Source of the DNA: Candidatus Microsaccharimonas sp.
GTDB lineage: Bacteria > Patescibacteriota > Saccharimonadia > Saccharimonadales > Saccharimonadaceae
Direction of reading: 5' to 3'
Assembly: GCA_049304275.1 (NCBI GenBank)
Contig: JBAQNZ010000017.1
Location: forward strand, 11,890-75,889
DNA length: 64,000 nt
Shown: in pieces, positions 34,391 to 43,495 of the stretch
Position numbering within the stretch: the stretch's first letter is position 1
Layout: the number at the start of each line of letters is the position of its first letter
Position numbers and translations under genes: made by a program
Notes under the pieces: generated by a model
What the model was told of the DNA's origin: nothing
Databases searched by the model: none
Seen by the model: the letters and a program-made list of their open reading frames with translations, nothing else

Positions 34391-36955
34391 TTATTCTTCG
34401 TTGTTGCGACGGCGAATGGCTGCGATAATGAACCAGATCAGGCCAGTTGCACCAAGAAGGACCAGAATCCACCAGTACCATGCCAGGCCAAAGATGGCGT
34501 CGCTTGGTTTAGTGTCAGCTGCAGCAGTCTTGTTGTCGGTAGCACCTTCGACATCACTCTCGCCATTGTTAGTTGCTGCACCAGTATTGTCGGTCTCGGC
34601 ACCGAGAACCGCTGCTGGGCCAACAATCAGAGGTGTAATCGTCGCTGTCGTAACAGGTATCGTTGGTGTTGAAGTCGATTCGGTAGTGGTTGTTGGAACA
34701 GCCGTTGCAATAACTAGGCTGGCACTTGCAACATCGGTGTTACCTACGACATCTGTAGCGGTCACTTCGATCGTGTAAGTTCCATCACTAAGTGGAGTTG
34801 TAAAGGTGTAACTCCAGGTACCATCACCATTGTTAGTAGCTGTGAGTGGCGTCCCACCGTCAACAGTAAGGGTGATAACCGCAGTTGAGTCGTCGATTGT
34901 ACCAGTAACGGTTGGGGTCGAGGTGTTAGCTGTCGATGCGTTCACTTCAACATCTGGATCTGTCGCATCGACGGTCACTGTTCCGATTGATTCGATACCA
35001 GTGTTTCCGGCGTTATCAAGTGCACGAACGTACAATTCATAGTCACCGTCTGCCGGTACGACAGTAGTGACCGATGTATTGGTCGTAAACGTCCAGCTCG
35101 CAGGGGTGTCACCTGCTGCTACCAAGGCATATTCATAACCCTTGATACCTGATGCTTCTTCAGCACCTGGGTCGGTTGCTGCGGTCCATGTCCAGTCAAG
35201 GCTTAGAGTCGTCGAAGGATCGGTTGTGCTTGGAGTTCCCGTTGCGCTTGGATCGACTAACGGAGATGAGTAAGCTGTTGTTGGGTTTGGAGTCACTAAA
35301 TTATCCGCAAGATCGTGGATATTCTGGAGTCCCCATTGTTGTTCAGCTGAGATATACCAAGCAGAACTTGTAAAGGTAACTGTTGCAACATGGGTAGCAG
35401 GATTGTAAGAAACCGTTGCATCACCCGTTAGGTCCCCTGATCCACCTGCACCAGGCCAGTTGTTCAAGAAGTAATTGGCTGGGTCTGCCGCTTCGGTAGG
35501 ATTAACTGCTTCGTTGAATTGAACGGTAAAGCCGTTTGCTGAAGGGCCGAATCCAGGGAAGATGAAGTTAGCTGTTGGTGCCTGTTGGTCGATGATGACA
35601 GACCAGATATCGCTCCATAGGCTGTAGTTACCTGCAGCATCTTTAGCGCGAACTTGGTAGAACCAAGCGCCATCAGGTGCCCCACTTGAGTGGATCATTG
35701 ACGTCGGCAACACACCAGACTGCCAAATATTACTTCCGTTCAAGATGTCGTTAGAATCCCGTGAAGGGTCTTGAGAAGCTTGAAACTCATACGTTAATGG
35801 TGATACGTCAGTCGAGTCATTCCAGTCAAAATCAAACTCATTCGTAGGAAGATACGAACCATTTGATGGCAGTGCTAGTACGGGTTTTGTTGGAGCTGTC
35901 AAATCAACAGTTACTTTATTGATAACACTCCAGTCGCTCCAGTGACCGTCATTATCACCAGCACGGACTTGCCAGAAATAGTCATTGGCGGGCGTCCCGT
36001 TGTTGTGACGAGTGATAGTTGATAGGCCAAGATCATAGTTACTCGCCGTATCACTTGCGTCACTATAGATAATCGGTCCGAGAGTGGTTGAGTCAACCTT
36101 ACTATTCGCCGTTCTATACTCGTATTTTGAGGCACCAGCGACCGTATCCCAAGTCATTGAGAAAGCGTGATCATTGGTATAACTGTTATCAGCCGGCGTA
36201 AGGTTGACCGGTGCGCTTAACTGGTGATTACCCTCACTAAAATTACGCCATTGAACACTGTAGTTGTCAGCACTGTTGAGAGTTGCTGAGTTGAAGTTAT
36301 TAAAGATAACTGCTTGGAACTTATTATAAACATCTGAGCCCCAGTTGGCGTCTTTTGAAACTAACAAGACATCATTAACATAGTAATCGTATTTATTTGT
36401 ACCCCCATTATAAGAGATTTCGAGAGTATACCATTGATCAGTCGCTGGCGTCGTGAGGTTTGTCCAACCTCCGAGCATCGTGTCGAAAACGCGCCAGCCA
36501 GTGAATCCACCTTCCCCTATGGTTGTGTATTCAATAATTGGCCAGGCCACGTCAGACGCCGTATCGCTTCCAGCAACACCCCAAAGACCAGCCCGAACTG
36601 GATGAGCCGTCCAACTTGGATCAACATACAGCTCAGCCTTGATAGTTTGACTCGTTGTTATAGGAGCTTGGAGACCTTCGGTTTGATAAAAAGTTGCCGA
36701 AGTATTAGCGTTGTTGTTATCAACATTGAGCGTAAGGGCGTTGCCAACAGGTGTATAGCCGCCTGATGGTGCTGATCGGTCTGGTGAGAATACGAGCGAA
36801 TCGAGAGCTGTCGCTACATAGGTCGTTCCAGGTGCCGCGTTGGCACTGTCAGAAAAAATAAACGGCACATTGGCCACGATAGCACTGATAACAAGCATTA
36901 AAGCTAGTGCAAAGTTAGTACCTCGTTGATATAGGTTTGTCGTTATAGCTCGCAT
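34391..36955 (-). CDS. Large secreted surface protein: signal peptide, lectin/LamG-like module, Fn3-like and bacterial Ig-like repeats, Thr-rich stalk, C-terminal TM anchor
   Basis: Signal peptide ...FSDSANA|AP. Repeated W..V.GA..YEY and YFWQVRA.D..G..S.WS Fn3-like patterns. An Ig-like block, TVTGTIDDSTAVITLTVDGG...GTYTIEVTATDVVGNT. The C-terminus is FGLAWYWWILVLLGATGLIWFIIAAIRRRNNEE. Confidence 0.7.
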   Translation of the reverse strand: MRAITTNLYQRGTNFALALMLVISAIVANVPFIFSDSANAAPGTTYVATALDSLVFSPDRSAPSGGYTPVGNALTLNVDNNNANTSATFYQTEGLQAPITTSQTIKAELYVDPSWTAHPVRAGLWGVAGSDTASDVAWPIIEYTTIGEGGFTGWRVFDTMLGGWTNLTTPATDQWYTLEISYNGGTNKYDYYVNDVLLVSKDANWGSDVYNKFQAVIFNNFNSATLNSADNYSVQWRNFSEGNHQLSAPVNLTPADNSYTNDHAFSMTWDTVAGASKYEYRTANSKVDSTTLGPIIYSDASDTASNYDLGLSTITRHNNGTPANDYFWQVRAGDNDGHWSDWSVINKVTVDLTAPTKPVLALPSNGSYLPTNEFDFDWNDSTDVSPLTYEFQASQDPSRDSNDILNGSNIWQSGVLPTSMIHSSGAPDGAWFYQVRAKDAAGNYSLWSDIWSVIIDQQAPTANFIFPGFGPSANGFTVQFNEAVNPTEAADPANYFLNNWPGAGGSGDLTGDATVSYNPATHVATVTFTSSAWYISAEQQWGLQNIHDLADNLVTPNPTTAYSSPLVDPSATGTPSTTDPSTTLSLDWTWTAATDPGAEEASGIKGYEYALVAAGDTPASWTFTTNTSVTTVVPADGDYELYVRALDNAGNTGIESIGTVTVDATDPDVEVNASTANTSTPTVTGTIDDSTAVITLTVDGGTPLTATNNGDGTWSYTFTTPLSDGTYTIEVTATDVVGNTDVASASLVIATAVPTTTTESTSTPTIPVTTATITPLIVGPAAVLGAETDNTGAATNNGESDVEGATDNKTAAADTKPSDAIFGLAWYWWILVLLGATGLIWFIIAAIRRRNNEE

Positions 36956-37055
36956 GTTCTTGGCTCCTACCTCTTATTAAAAGATCGCCCACACTCGATC
37001 AATTTAGATTAATACAATGTTCGCAACTTTTGTATTTTTCTTAACTCTACCACCT

Positions 37056-37622
37056 CTAAGGCGTTTTGGCAACGCCCAAGAGAGATTTATTTATGATGAA
37101 CTTTATCAAGTAATATAGTCCTACTATCCCTCCGATCGTTACCACCCACCAATACCACGCCACACCGATAATTTTCCAACCTTCGGCACTCGCCTGAAAC
37201 GGCCTCGCATGTGCATCCTTGACGGTACTGACTACGCCATACCTGCGATTCACCCCCAATACATACGTCGAGTAATCAAACAACGACTGATCAGTCGATC
37301 TATGTGCCGCGTCTACCTCAGGAATCGAAGGTAGATCGCTAAGCAATGTTTGACTCACCTCGAGTGGTGGCGTAGGTTCACCTGTCGGCGATGACGATTG
37401 CGAATTGGCAGGCTCGCTATTACCCGTCGATATTGGGGGGTTCGTAGGATCAGGATCGGGATTGGGATTACGCTGAGGTGACTCAACAGGAAGAATAGTA
37501 TTACATTCACGGCTCAACAAGCTCACGACCAGACAACTGGCGTTATATAAAAGACTCTCGGCCTGTGTTGGCCGAGAGCTTTGGATCGAAATAAGGGAAG
37601 ACGCGGTAGAGACAGCTAGCAA
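37056..37622 (-). CDS. Pro/Ser-rich secreted protein with the same C-terminal AWYWW TM anchor; the true start is probably upstream of the annotated TTG
   Basis: Low-complexity NPNPDPDPTNPP...SSSPTGEPTPP. The C-terminus is IIGVAWYWWVVTIGGIVGLYYLIKFIINKS. The in-frame upstream codons encode KWRLNLRGAKIIIF, a signal-peptide n-region. Confidence 0.55.
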   Translation of the reverse strand: MLAVSTASSLISIQSSRPTQAESLLYNASCLVVSLLSRECNTILPVESPQRNPNPDPDPTNPPISTGNSEPANSQSSSPTGEPTPPLEVSQTLLSDLPSIPEVDAAHRSTDQSLFDYSTYVLGVNRRYGVVSTVKDAHARPFQASAEGWKIIGVAWYWWVVTIGGIVGLYYLIKFIINKSLLGVAKTP

Positions 37623-37720
37623 AAATATGATAATTTTTGCCCCTCGCAGGTTCAGTCGCCACTTATGAATACTTATAGCGTGTTCTCCCCCTTTACACTC
37701 TATACAGCGGTAACATATTT

Positions 37721-37729
37721 ATTATACCA
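37721..37729 (-). promoter_or_regulatory. Extended -10 box TGGTATAAT upstream of the 188-aa protein gene
   Basis: The minus strand reads ctcgtggtataataaatatg, immediately after the stop of the zincin-like gene. Confidence 0.45.
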
Positions 37730-37742
37730 CGAGCAGTTTGAT

Positions 37743-38132
37743 CTACAAATTTCCAGGGGTGGGACGTTCCAGTTCGTGTATACGATCGTGGTCCAGCCCA
37801 TAATAATGAGCGATCTCGTGCCACAATGTTCGCTTTATTTGTTCAAACAATTCTTGTTCAGTACGAACGATCATCAAAATAGGCAGTTTAAATAACGTAA
37901 TTTTATCTGGTAACACAAAAGTATACCCCGCTCCGCGCTTGGTTAAAGGGATGCCTTCGTACAGCCCAAGTAGCAGATTTCCCTCATGAAGTCCGGCCTT
38001 TTTCGCTTGATGTTCATCAGGCCAATCGGCATAGACAATCGCAACGTTATCAAGCCCCTTTATGTACTGTTGTGGCAGTTCGTCCATCGCACTGCTAATA
38101 AGTCGATTAAATGCTTGGTCAGAGAGTTCCAT
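37743..38132 (-). CDS. Small zincin-like metallopeptidase family protein (minimal HExxH protein)
   Basis: 129 aa. N-terminus FNRLISSAMDELPQQYIKGLDNVAIVYADWP and C-terminal HEIAHYYGLDHDRIHELE (HExxH plus a downstream acidic residue). Confidence 0.65.
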   Translation of the reverse strand: MELSDQAFNRLISSAMDELPQQYIKGLDNVAIVYADWPDEHQAKKAGLHEGNLLLGLYEGIPLTKRGAGYTFVLPDKITLFKLPILMIVRTEQELFEQIKRTLWHEIAHYYGLDHDRIHELERPTPGNL

Positions 38133-38150
38133 TACTATAACAAGTGTAGC

Positions 38151-38351
38151 CTAATTGTCTGTATCAGAAAAGTTGAGTGGATCTTTTTCAAGATCTTTAA
38201 TCACTCTGTCCCATGAATCATTCAAGGTCTGTTCGTCGATATCTGTTTGTAAATCAAGGGTTTCGTCCTGGGCGAACTCGTCCAACGGACTAACTGTCCC
38301 ATCATCTTGGGGGTCAACTGGCTGTAGCTGAAGGTAGTTATAAATTGACAT
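38151..38351 (-). CDS. Small acidic hypothetical protein
   Basis: ORF of 66-74 aa, very D/E/Q-rich, co-directional and tightly packed between ileS and the zincin-like gene. No recognisable motif. Confidence 0.35.
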   Translation of the reverse strand: MSIYNYLQLQPVDPQDDGTVSPLDEFAQDETLDLQTDIDEQTLNDSWDRVIKDLEKDPLNFSDTDN

Positions 38352-38420
38352 GTTTGTTTTCTTAATACGTAACAATACTATTTAAGCATGAACGAGTTAA
38401 AAAGTCAATCCTTGAGTATC

Positions 38421-41348
38421 CTACGCTTTTTGTAGTTTGAGGGTAATTTCCATCTTATCAACGGTAACCGTGTTTTCGTAACTATAGTCATCACCAGAGG
38501 TAAGCTCACTTGCAAGTGTCTCGGTTTTGATCAAATCAGCGTATTCAGTGTAGGCGGCTACCAGTTCATCCTGATCGGTCATAAAGCTAAGAACGATTCG
38601 ATCATCCACGTTCAGGCCAGCGTCTTTACGTGCCGCCTGAACATAACGAATGAGTTCGCGTGACAACCCCTCACGGTAGAGCTCTGGGGTAATGGTTTTA
38701 TCCAGCCCCACAGTGACACCGACTATCATATGCTTTATATCTTCCATCTTACGATTCTCGACATATTTTACATTTACTTCTTCAGCAATAATTGATTCGT
38801 AGTATTCATCGAGTTTTTCGCCACTATAAATCAGCGTCTGAAGGGGCTGCCTTACTTTAATCTGGACTTCGTCATCGCTTTTGCGCATACGGTTCGCCAG
38901 TCCTTGCTCGATAATCTCACGAGTGAGCGACATGTGCTTCAGCGCCAGTTCGTTGACATGCCCAACGGCAGGCCAATCAGTTAAGTGAACACTCTCTCCA
39001 CCCGTCAGCTTTTGGTACAGCTCCTCGGCGAGGAATGGGACGAACGGTGCAATTGCTTGAGACAAGCGAACAAGCACGTAATGCAGTGTTGCGTAAGCAT
39101 TATTCTTATCCTCATCGTCTTCACTCTTCCAAAAACGGCGGCGCGAGCGGCGGACGAACCAGTTACTGGCATCGTCAATAAATGGCAGAATTGGCTTGGT
39201 AGCGCTGACCAGGTCATAACCATCCATGTGCGTGCCGATTTCTTCAATCAATTGGTGGAGGCGGCTAACAATCCACTGATCGAGCGGATTCTTGAGTTTA
39301 TCTGATGGATCACAGATCTCACCGTCGAATTCCCACCCATCGACTTCGGCATACATTGTAAAGAAATCGTACATGTTCCAGATCATCGTTAGTTTGCGGG
39401 CAATGTCAGCTACTTCCTTGTCTTGCAGTGCAAAATCTTCCCCCGACAGTAGAGGACTAGAAATCAAGAGGAAGCGCAGGCTATCCGCGCTGTATTGATC
39501 CATCAAAACGTTCGGGTCGGTGTAGTTACCGTAAGATTTACTCATTTTGCGACCGTCATTACCAGCGACGTTACCAGTCACGATCACATTCTTGAACGAG
39601 TTTTCGCCAAATAAGGCGACACTCATAGCGTGCATATAATAGAACCAGGCACGGACTTGGCCGATGTATTCAACGATGAAGTCGCCAGGGAAATTAGCTT
39701 CGAATTTCTCTTTGTTTTCAAACGGATAATGGAACTGTGCGAATGGCATACTCCCGGCTTCGAACCAGCTGTCCATCACCTTATCAATACGGGTATATTC
39801 TTCGCCGTCGATAGTGAACTTCACATCGTCGATCCATGGACGGTGGTAATCCTCGAGCTCTACCCCGCTAAGTTCTTTGAGTTCGGCGTAGCTACCAACA
39901 ACTTTTACTTTGCCAGATTCTGTTTTCCAGACCGGCATGGCTGTTGCCCAAAAGCGGTCGCGAGAGATATTCCAATCCGGCGCCGTCTCGACAGTCTTTG
40001 CAAAGCGTCCGTTTTTGACGTGTGGAGGGAACCAATTGATGTCGCCGTTTTGTTCCAGCATTTGCTGGCGCTGGCTGTCGATATCCATGAACCAACTCGG
40101 GTGAGCACGATACATCAGGCGGGTGCCGCAGCGGTGACAGTGCGGGTAAGGGTGGCGGATGTAATCTATCTTCCAGACGACACCGCGTTCATGCAGAGCC
40201 TTGGCGATAGTCTTATTAATTTCCCAGACGTTCTCACCTATCCATTCGGTTTCGGTGTACTCACCGTTCTCGTCAAGGACATGAATGACCGGAATATTCT
40301 TTTCGCGGGCGAGAGCAAAGTCTTCTTCACCATAGGCTGGAGCAATGTGAACAATGCCGGTACCAGATTCGGTGGTAACATAATCTGCGGCGTAAACTTT
40401 ATGAGCGTTTTCACCGCGGTTTTCGAAGAGCGGTTCGTAGGTCTTCCCTACTAGCTTCGATCCCTTAAACTCATGGAGGATGTCGTATTCAATTGGCTGG
40501 TGTTTTTCATCGGTAAATACTGTCGATGCGAGCTCTTTGGCAAGAATAAAAATCTCACTTCCAAATTTCACTTCAATATATTCTATATCCTTATTGACGG
40601 CTAGTGCCGTGTTAGCCGGCAACGTCCAAGGAGTTGTTGTCCATGCTAGGAAGTAGACAGGCAAGTTAAGCTCTTTTGTTGATTCACCCACAGACTCGGG
40701 TGTCAATTTAAACTTCGTGTACACACTCGGGTCCGTCACGTCTTGGTAAGCACCAGCGTCCATCGTCACCTCAGCCTTCGAGAGTGGTGTCGCGTCGAGC
40801 GTACAGTACATCAGTACCTTTTCACCTTCGTAGATCTTACCCTTTTCGTAAAGCGTTTTGAAAGCCCACCAAATACTCTCCATGTAATCTTTGTCCATGG
40901 TTTTATAGGCACCCTTGAAATCTACCCAACGTCCAATTCGATCAATCGTGTCTTCCCATGCACTACTGGTTTCGAGCATATTGGCGCGCGTAGCAGTAAT
41001 ATACTTTTCTATGCCATATTCGAGGACTTCTTGGCGGGAATTAATGCCCAGTTTCTTTTCGGTGTAGCGTTCAGCTGGCAGTCCGTGAGCATCCCAGCCC
41101 CAGACTCGTTCGACTCGCTTACCTTTCATCGTTTGATAGCGAGGCACAGCATCTTTGACGATCGAACTAAGAAGTGTTCCGTGGTGAGGGACACCAGAAA
41201 TAAAAGGAGGGCCATCGTAAAAGACGTACGAATTCTCTTTTGGTCGCATCTCGATCGATTTCTCGAATGTTTTGTTCGTTTTCCAATATGAAACGAGGTC
41301 TTTTTCGTATTCTAGTGCACGGCGGCGGGTATTAGCTTTGAATTTCAT
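38421..41348 (-). CDS. ileS: Isoleucyl-tRNA synthetase, type 2 (eukaryote-like)
   Basis: 975 aa. FYDGPPFISGVPHHGTLL (HIGH region), a CP1 editing insert and KMSKSYGN. No C-terminal zinc-finger tail of the type 1 enzyme. Confidence 0.9.
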   Translation of the reverse strand: MKFKANTRRRALEYEKDLVSYWKTNKTFEKSIEMRPKENSYVFYDGPPFISGVPHHGTLLSSIVKDAVPRYQTMKGKRVERVWGWDAHGLPAERYTEKKLGINSRQEVLEYGIEKYITATRANMLETSSAWEDTIDRIGRWVDFKGAYKTMDKDYMESIWWAFKTLYEKGKIYEGEKVLMYCTLDATPLSKAEVTMDAGAYQDVTDPSVYTKFKLTPESVGESTKELNLPVYFLAWTTTPWTLPANTALAVNKDIEYIEVKFGSEIFILAKELASTVFTDEKHQPIEYDILHEFKGSKLVGKTYEPLFENRGENAHKVYAADYVTTESGTGIVHIAPAYGEEDFALAREKNIPVIHVLDENGEYTETEWIGENVWEINKTIAKALHERGVVWKIDYIRHPYPHCHRCGTRLMYRAHPSWFMDIDSQRQQMLEQNGDINWFPPHVKNGRFAKTVETAPDWNISRDRFWATAMPVWKTESGKVKVVGSYAELKELSGVELEDYHRPWIDDVKFTIDGEEYTRIDKVMDSWFEAGSMPFAQFHYPFENKEKFEANFPGDFIVEYIGQVRAWFYYMHAMSVALFGENSFKNVIVTGNVAGNDGRKMSKSYGNYTDPNVLMDQYSADSLRFLLISSPLLSGEDFALQDKEVADIARKLTMIWNMYDFFTMYAEVDGWEFDGEICDPSDKLKNPLDQWIVSRLHQLIEEIGTHMDGYDLVSATKPILPFIDDASNWFVRRSRRRFWKSEDDEDKNNAYATLHYVLVRLSQAIAPFVPFLAEELYQKLTGGESVHLTDWPAVGHVNELALKHMSLTREIIEQGLANRMRKSDDEVQIKVRQPLQTLIYSGEKLDEYYESIIAEEVNVKYVENRKMEDIKHMIVGVTVGLDKTITPELYREGLSRELIRYVQAARKDAGLNVDDRIVLSFMTDQDELVAAYTEYADLIKTETLASELTSGDDYSYENTVTVDKMEITLKLQKA

Positions 41349-41357
41349 ACTATTTCC

Positions 41358-41885
41358 TTATCCAATTACCGGAATAAATCCGTACTTTTCTAGTTGTGGT
41401 TGAATATCTGCCAGTGATTTTCCAGCTAGATACCCCGCCGCGATTGTTTCATCTTGGGTCACGTCAGCAAGTGCGATGTCTGGTGTTGCGAAACTGCGCA
41501 TGCGCACTTCGTCATCGAATTCAAAATCGATCACGACCAGTCCAGCAAGTTTGTTTAGATAGACGTCCAGCTCGGCCTGGCGACCATCAATCTCGACGGT
41601 ATAGCGTCGTTTCTTAATCTCTTTTGAAGGAGCTCTCGCCAATGCTTCAAATTCTTCTTTTTCAAGTTCGATAGTGTGTTCAAATTGCTTTGAACTGTCA
41701 GTTCCGTCGGTTGGAACTTTTTTGGTTATTTCGTAGTGATCACCTCTGTGGCGCAGGCGAAGATGAGGATGAAATGCCTCGGCCGGAACATAGATATCAT
41801 GAATAATTTCAGAAGGAAACGTATCAAGGTTGTCGGGCAGAGCCTTCACTAGGTATGTTCGTTCGAGTTCGATTTCCGTCGCCAT
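41358..41885 (-). CDS. CYTH domain protein (CyaB/ThTPase-like triphosphate tunnel metalloenzyme)
   Basis: N-terminal ExExK-type motif (MATEIELERTYL) and alternating acidic/basic beta-strand pattern. The ATG at 41885 is preferred over the track start at 42011. Confidence 0.65.
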   Translation of the reverse strand: MATEIELERTYLVKALPDNLDTFPSEIIHDIYVPAEAFHPHLRLRHRGDHYEITKKVPTDGTDSSKQFEHTIELEKEEFEALARAPSKEIKKRRYTVEIDGRQAELDVYLNKLAGLVVIDFEFDDEVRMRSFATPDIALADVTQDETIAAGYLAGKSLADIQPQLEKYGFIPVIG

Positions 41886-42118
41886 GTTCCTGTTCCTTTG
41901 GTTTAAAAATAATAAAAATCCCTCATCCATCGGAACCCGGGTAAGGGTGGTGCCATCCGATTTCTGAAAGATTATTTCAGCGCTTGATTGTCGCTTTGAC
42001 GTAGCGTACACGTTCGGTTCTACTCTCGCTAGCGATTTCTTCCGAAAACTCGTGGCTGATAACCACTCAAACGTTATGCTACCTATAGTAGCAGTTTAAA
42101 AATGCGCAGGCAAGTTAA

Positions 42119-42562
42119 TTACGGGCGTTCAAATGCTTGACGACCTGGCACAACGTATCCGGAAACGCGTACCTCGGCGTCGCCTGACTTGTCCAGCGTC
42201 AATCGACTAAGATCTTCGCCAATCGTCAGGGCAAACCCTGTACCAAAATCAGTTGGCTCACCGACAGGAATCACACTGAAGTGCTGGCCATCGGTCATGA
42301 ACGTAAACGGTTGTCCGGTGCGTTTTTCACCCCTGAAAATACCAAATAGTGATCCATCTTTTTCGAGGTCCCCGACTTCGATATCGGCAACCATTTCACC
42401 AGTAAACTTATCGGTTCGTATTTCGGCTTTTTCGCCATATTTTTCGACGAGGTCACGATTCATATCGATAACGACGCGACTATCAACGCGCAGAGATTCT
42501 TCTAATCTTGGTTTTAAAGCTCGCAGGCCCTCGGGATTCGGTGTTTGTGTGTTTTTTGCCAT
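42119..42562 (-). CDS. Hypothetical protein (147 aa)
   Basis: Clean ORF co-directional with its neighbours. No motif recognised. Confidence 0.45.
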   Translation of the reverse strand: MAKNTQTPNPEGLRALKPRLEESLRVDSRVVIDMNRDLVEKYGEKAEIRTDKFTGEMVADIEVGDLEKDGSLFGIFRGEKRTGQPFTFMTDGQHFSVIPVGEPTDFGTGFALTIGEDLSRLTLDKSGDAEVRVSGYVVPGRQAFERP

Positions 42563-42612
42563 TTACACTATTATAGCAAAAATAAGCATAAACGTCAAGC
42601 TGGCTTCACTGC

Positions 42613-43242
42613 CTAGGCGAACAATGCTTCACCGAACTTCAAAATCACCAAGGCAATCATAAGGGCGATCCATGCCAGTACAATCACCTGATGGTAGTTA
42701 CCCTTTAAGAAGCGTTGAATACGATCATTCAGTGGCTTCTTGAAGCCATATGTATTCATTTTTAAATTGTAGTGAAGGAAACTAGAGAAGATAAGTGTCG
42801 TCGAAGCAGTCACAATCAGACACCACAGACAGAGTACTTCAATAGCATAGACACTTTGGAAGAAAAGCCAATATGAGAATACGAGACCGAGGAAGATACC
42901 GATAGTTGCCTTTATCTGCCACCAACGTGGAAACTTCACTCCTACCAGACCCGCCAAGGCTATAGTAACCAGTACCGAATACGCTATCAATCCAATGACC
43001 ATATTTGGAAAGCCAAAGACCTGCGACTGCCAGGTTTGCATAACTGTACTACAGTCAAGGACGATATTGATACTGCACGACAAAACGGCATTCGGGTCTT
43101 CATAAAGATGAAACTTCTCTAAGGTAAGGGTAAATGCGGCACCGAGCGCAGCCAAGCTACCAGCCAGCATAATACTTAATGTTATAACACGCATACGGCG
43201 CTCGTCTTTATATGTAAAGATTTCTTTGAGCTTATTGAACAT
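42613..43242 (-). CDS. Vitamin K epoxide reductase (VKOR) family membrane protein
   Basis: Loop cysteine pair LSCSINIVLDCSTV, SQVFGFPN, and an active-site CXXC in a TM helix (LCLWCLIV). Confidence 0.75.
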   Translation of the reverse strand: MFNKLKEIFTYKDERRMRVITLSIMLAGSLAALGAAFTLTLEKFHLYEDPNAVLSCSINIVLDCSTVMQTWQSQVFGFPNMVIGLIAYSVLVTIALAGLVGVKFPRWWQIKATIGIFLGLVFSYWLFFQSVYAIEVLCLWCLIVTASTTLIFSSFLHYNLKMNTYGFKKPLNDRIQRFLKGNYHQVIVLAWIALMIALVILKFGEALFA

Positions 43243-43495
43243 AATAACTCACCTCGCTTATAGTTGGTAATGGCAACCCGGACCACGTATTCTGCATCAC
43301 CCCATCATTACTGATAGCTACCATCGAAGGAAATTCCATCAAATCATAGGTCCTGCAAAAACTAATACCATCTGGTGAGTCTGGATCCATTGTTTCAAGG
43401 TCATGTCCGGTCTGTATCTTAAAATCACGCAAATAATCGGTCACTTGGCGTGTGTAGTCCCGTTCGTCTTTAAATACCACCACCACTCTCATCAC
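43232..43495 (-). CDS. Small thioredoxin-fold-like protein lacking a CXXC motif (hypothetical)
   Basis: 87 aa. A beta-alpha-beta pattern, RVVVVFKD...RQVTDYLRDFK...FPSMVAISNDG, resembles a Trx fold. There is a single Cys only. It overlaps the VKOR start by 11 nt. Confidence 0.4.
   Translation of the reverse strand: MMRVVVVFKDERDYTRQVTDYLRDFKIQTGHDLETMDPDSPDGISFCRTYDLMEFPSMVAISNDGVMQNTWSGLPLPTISEVSYYVQ

Noticed and set aside
41886-42011. A 42-codon N-terminal extension of the CYTH protein (track start at 42011).
   Set aside because: CYTH proteins begin at the ExExK strand, here MATEIELERTYL at 41885. The extension covers hairpins and an A/T-rich tract and has no coding-like composition. It is kept only as an alternative in the finding on this spacer.
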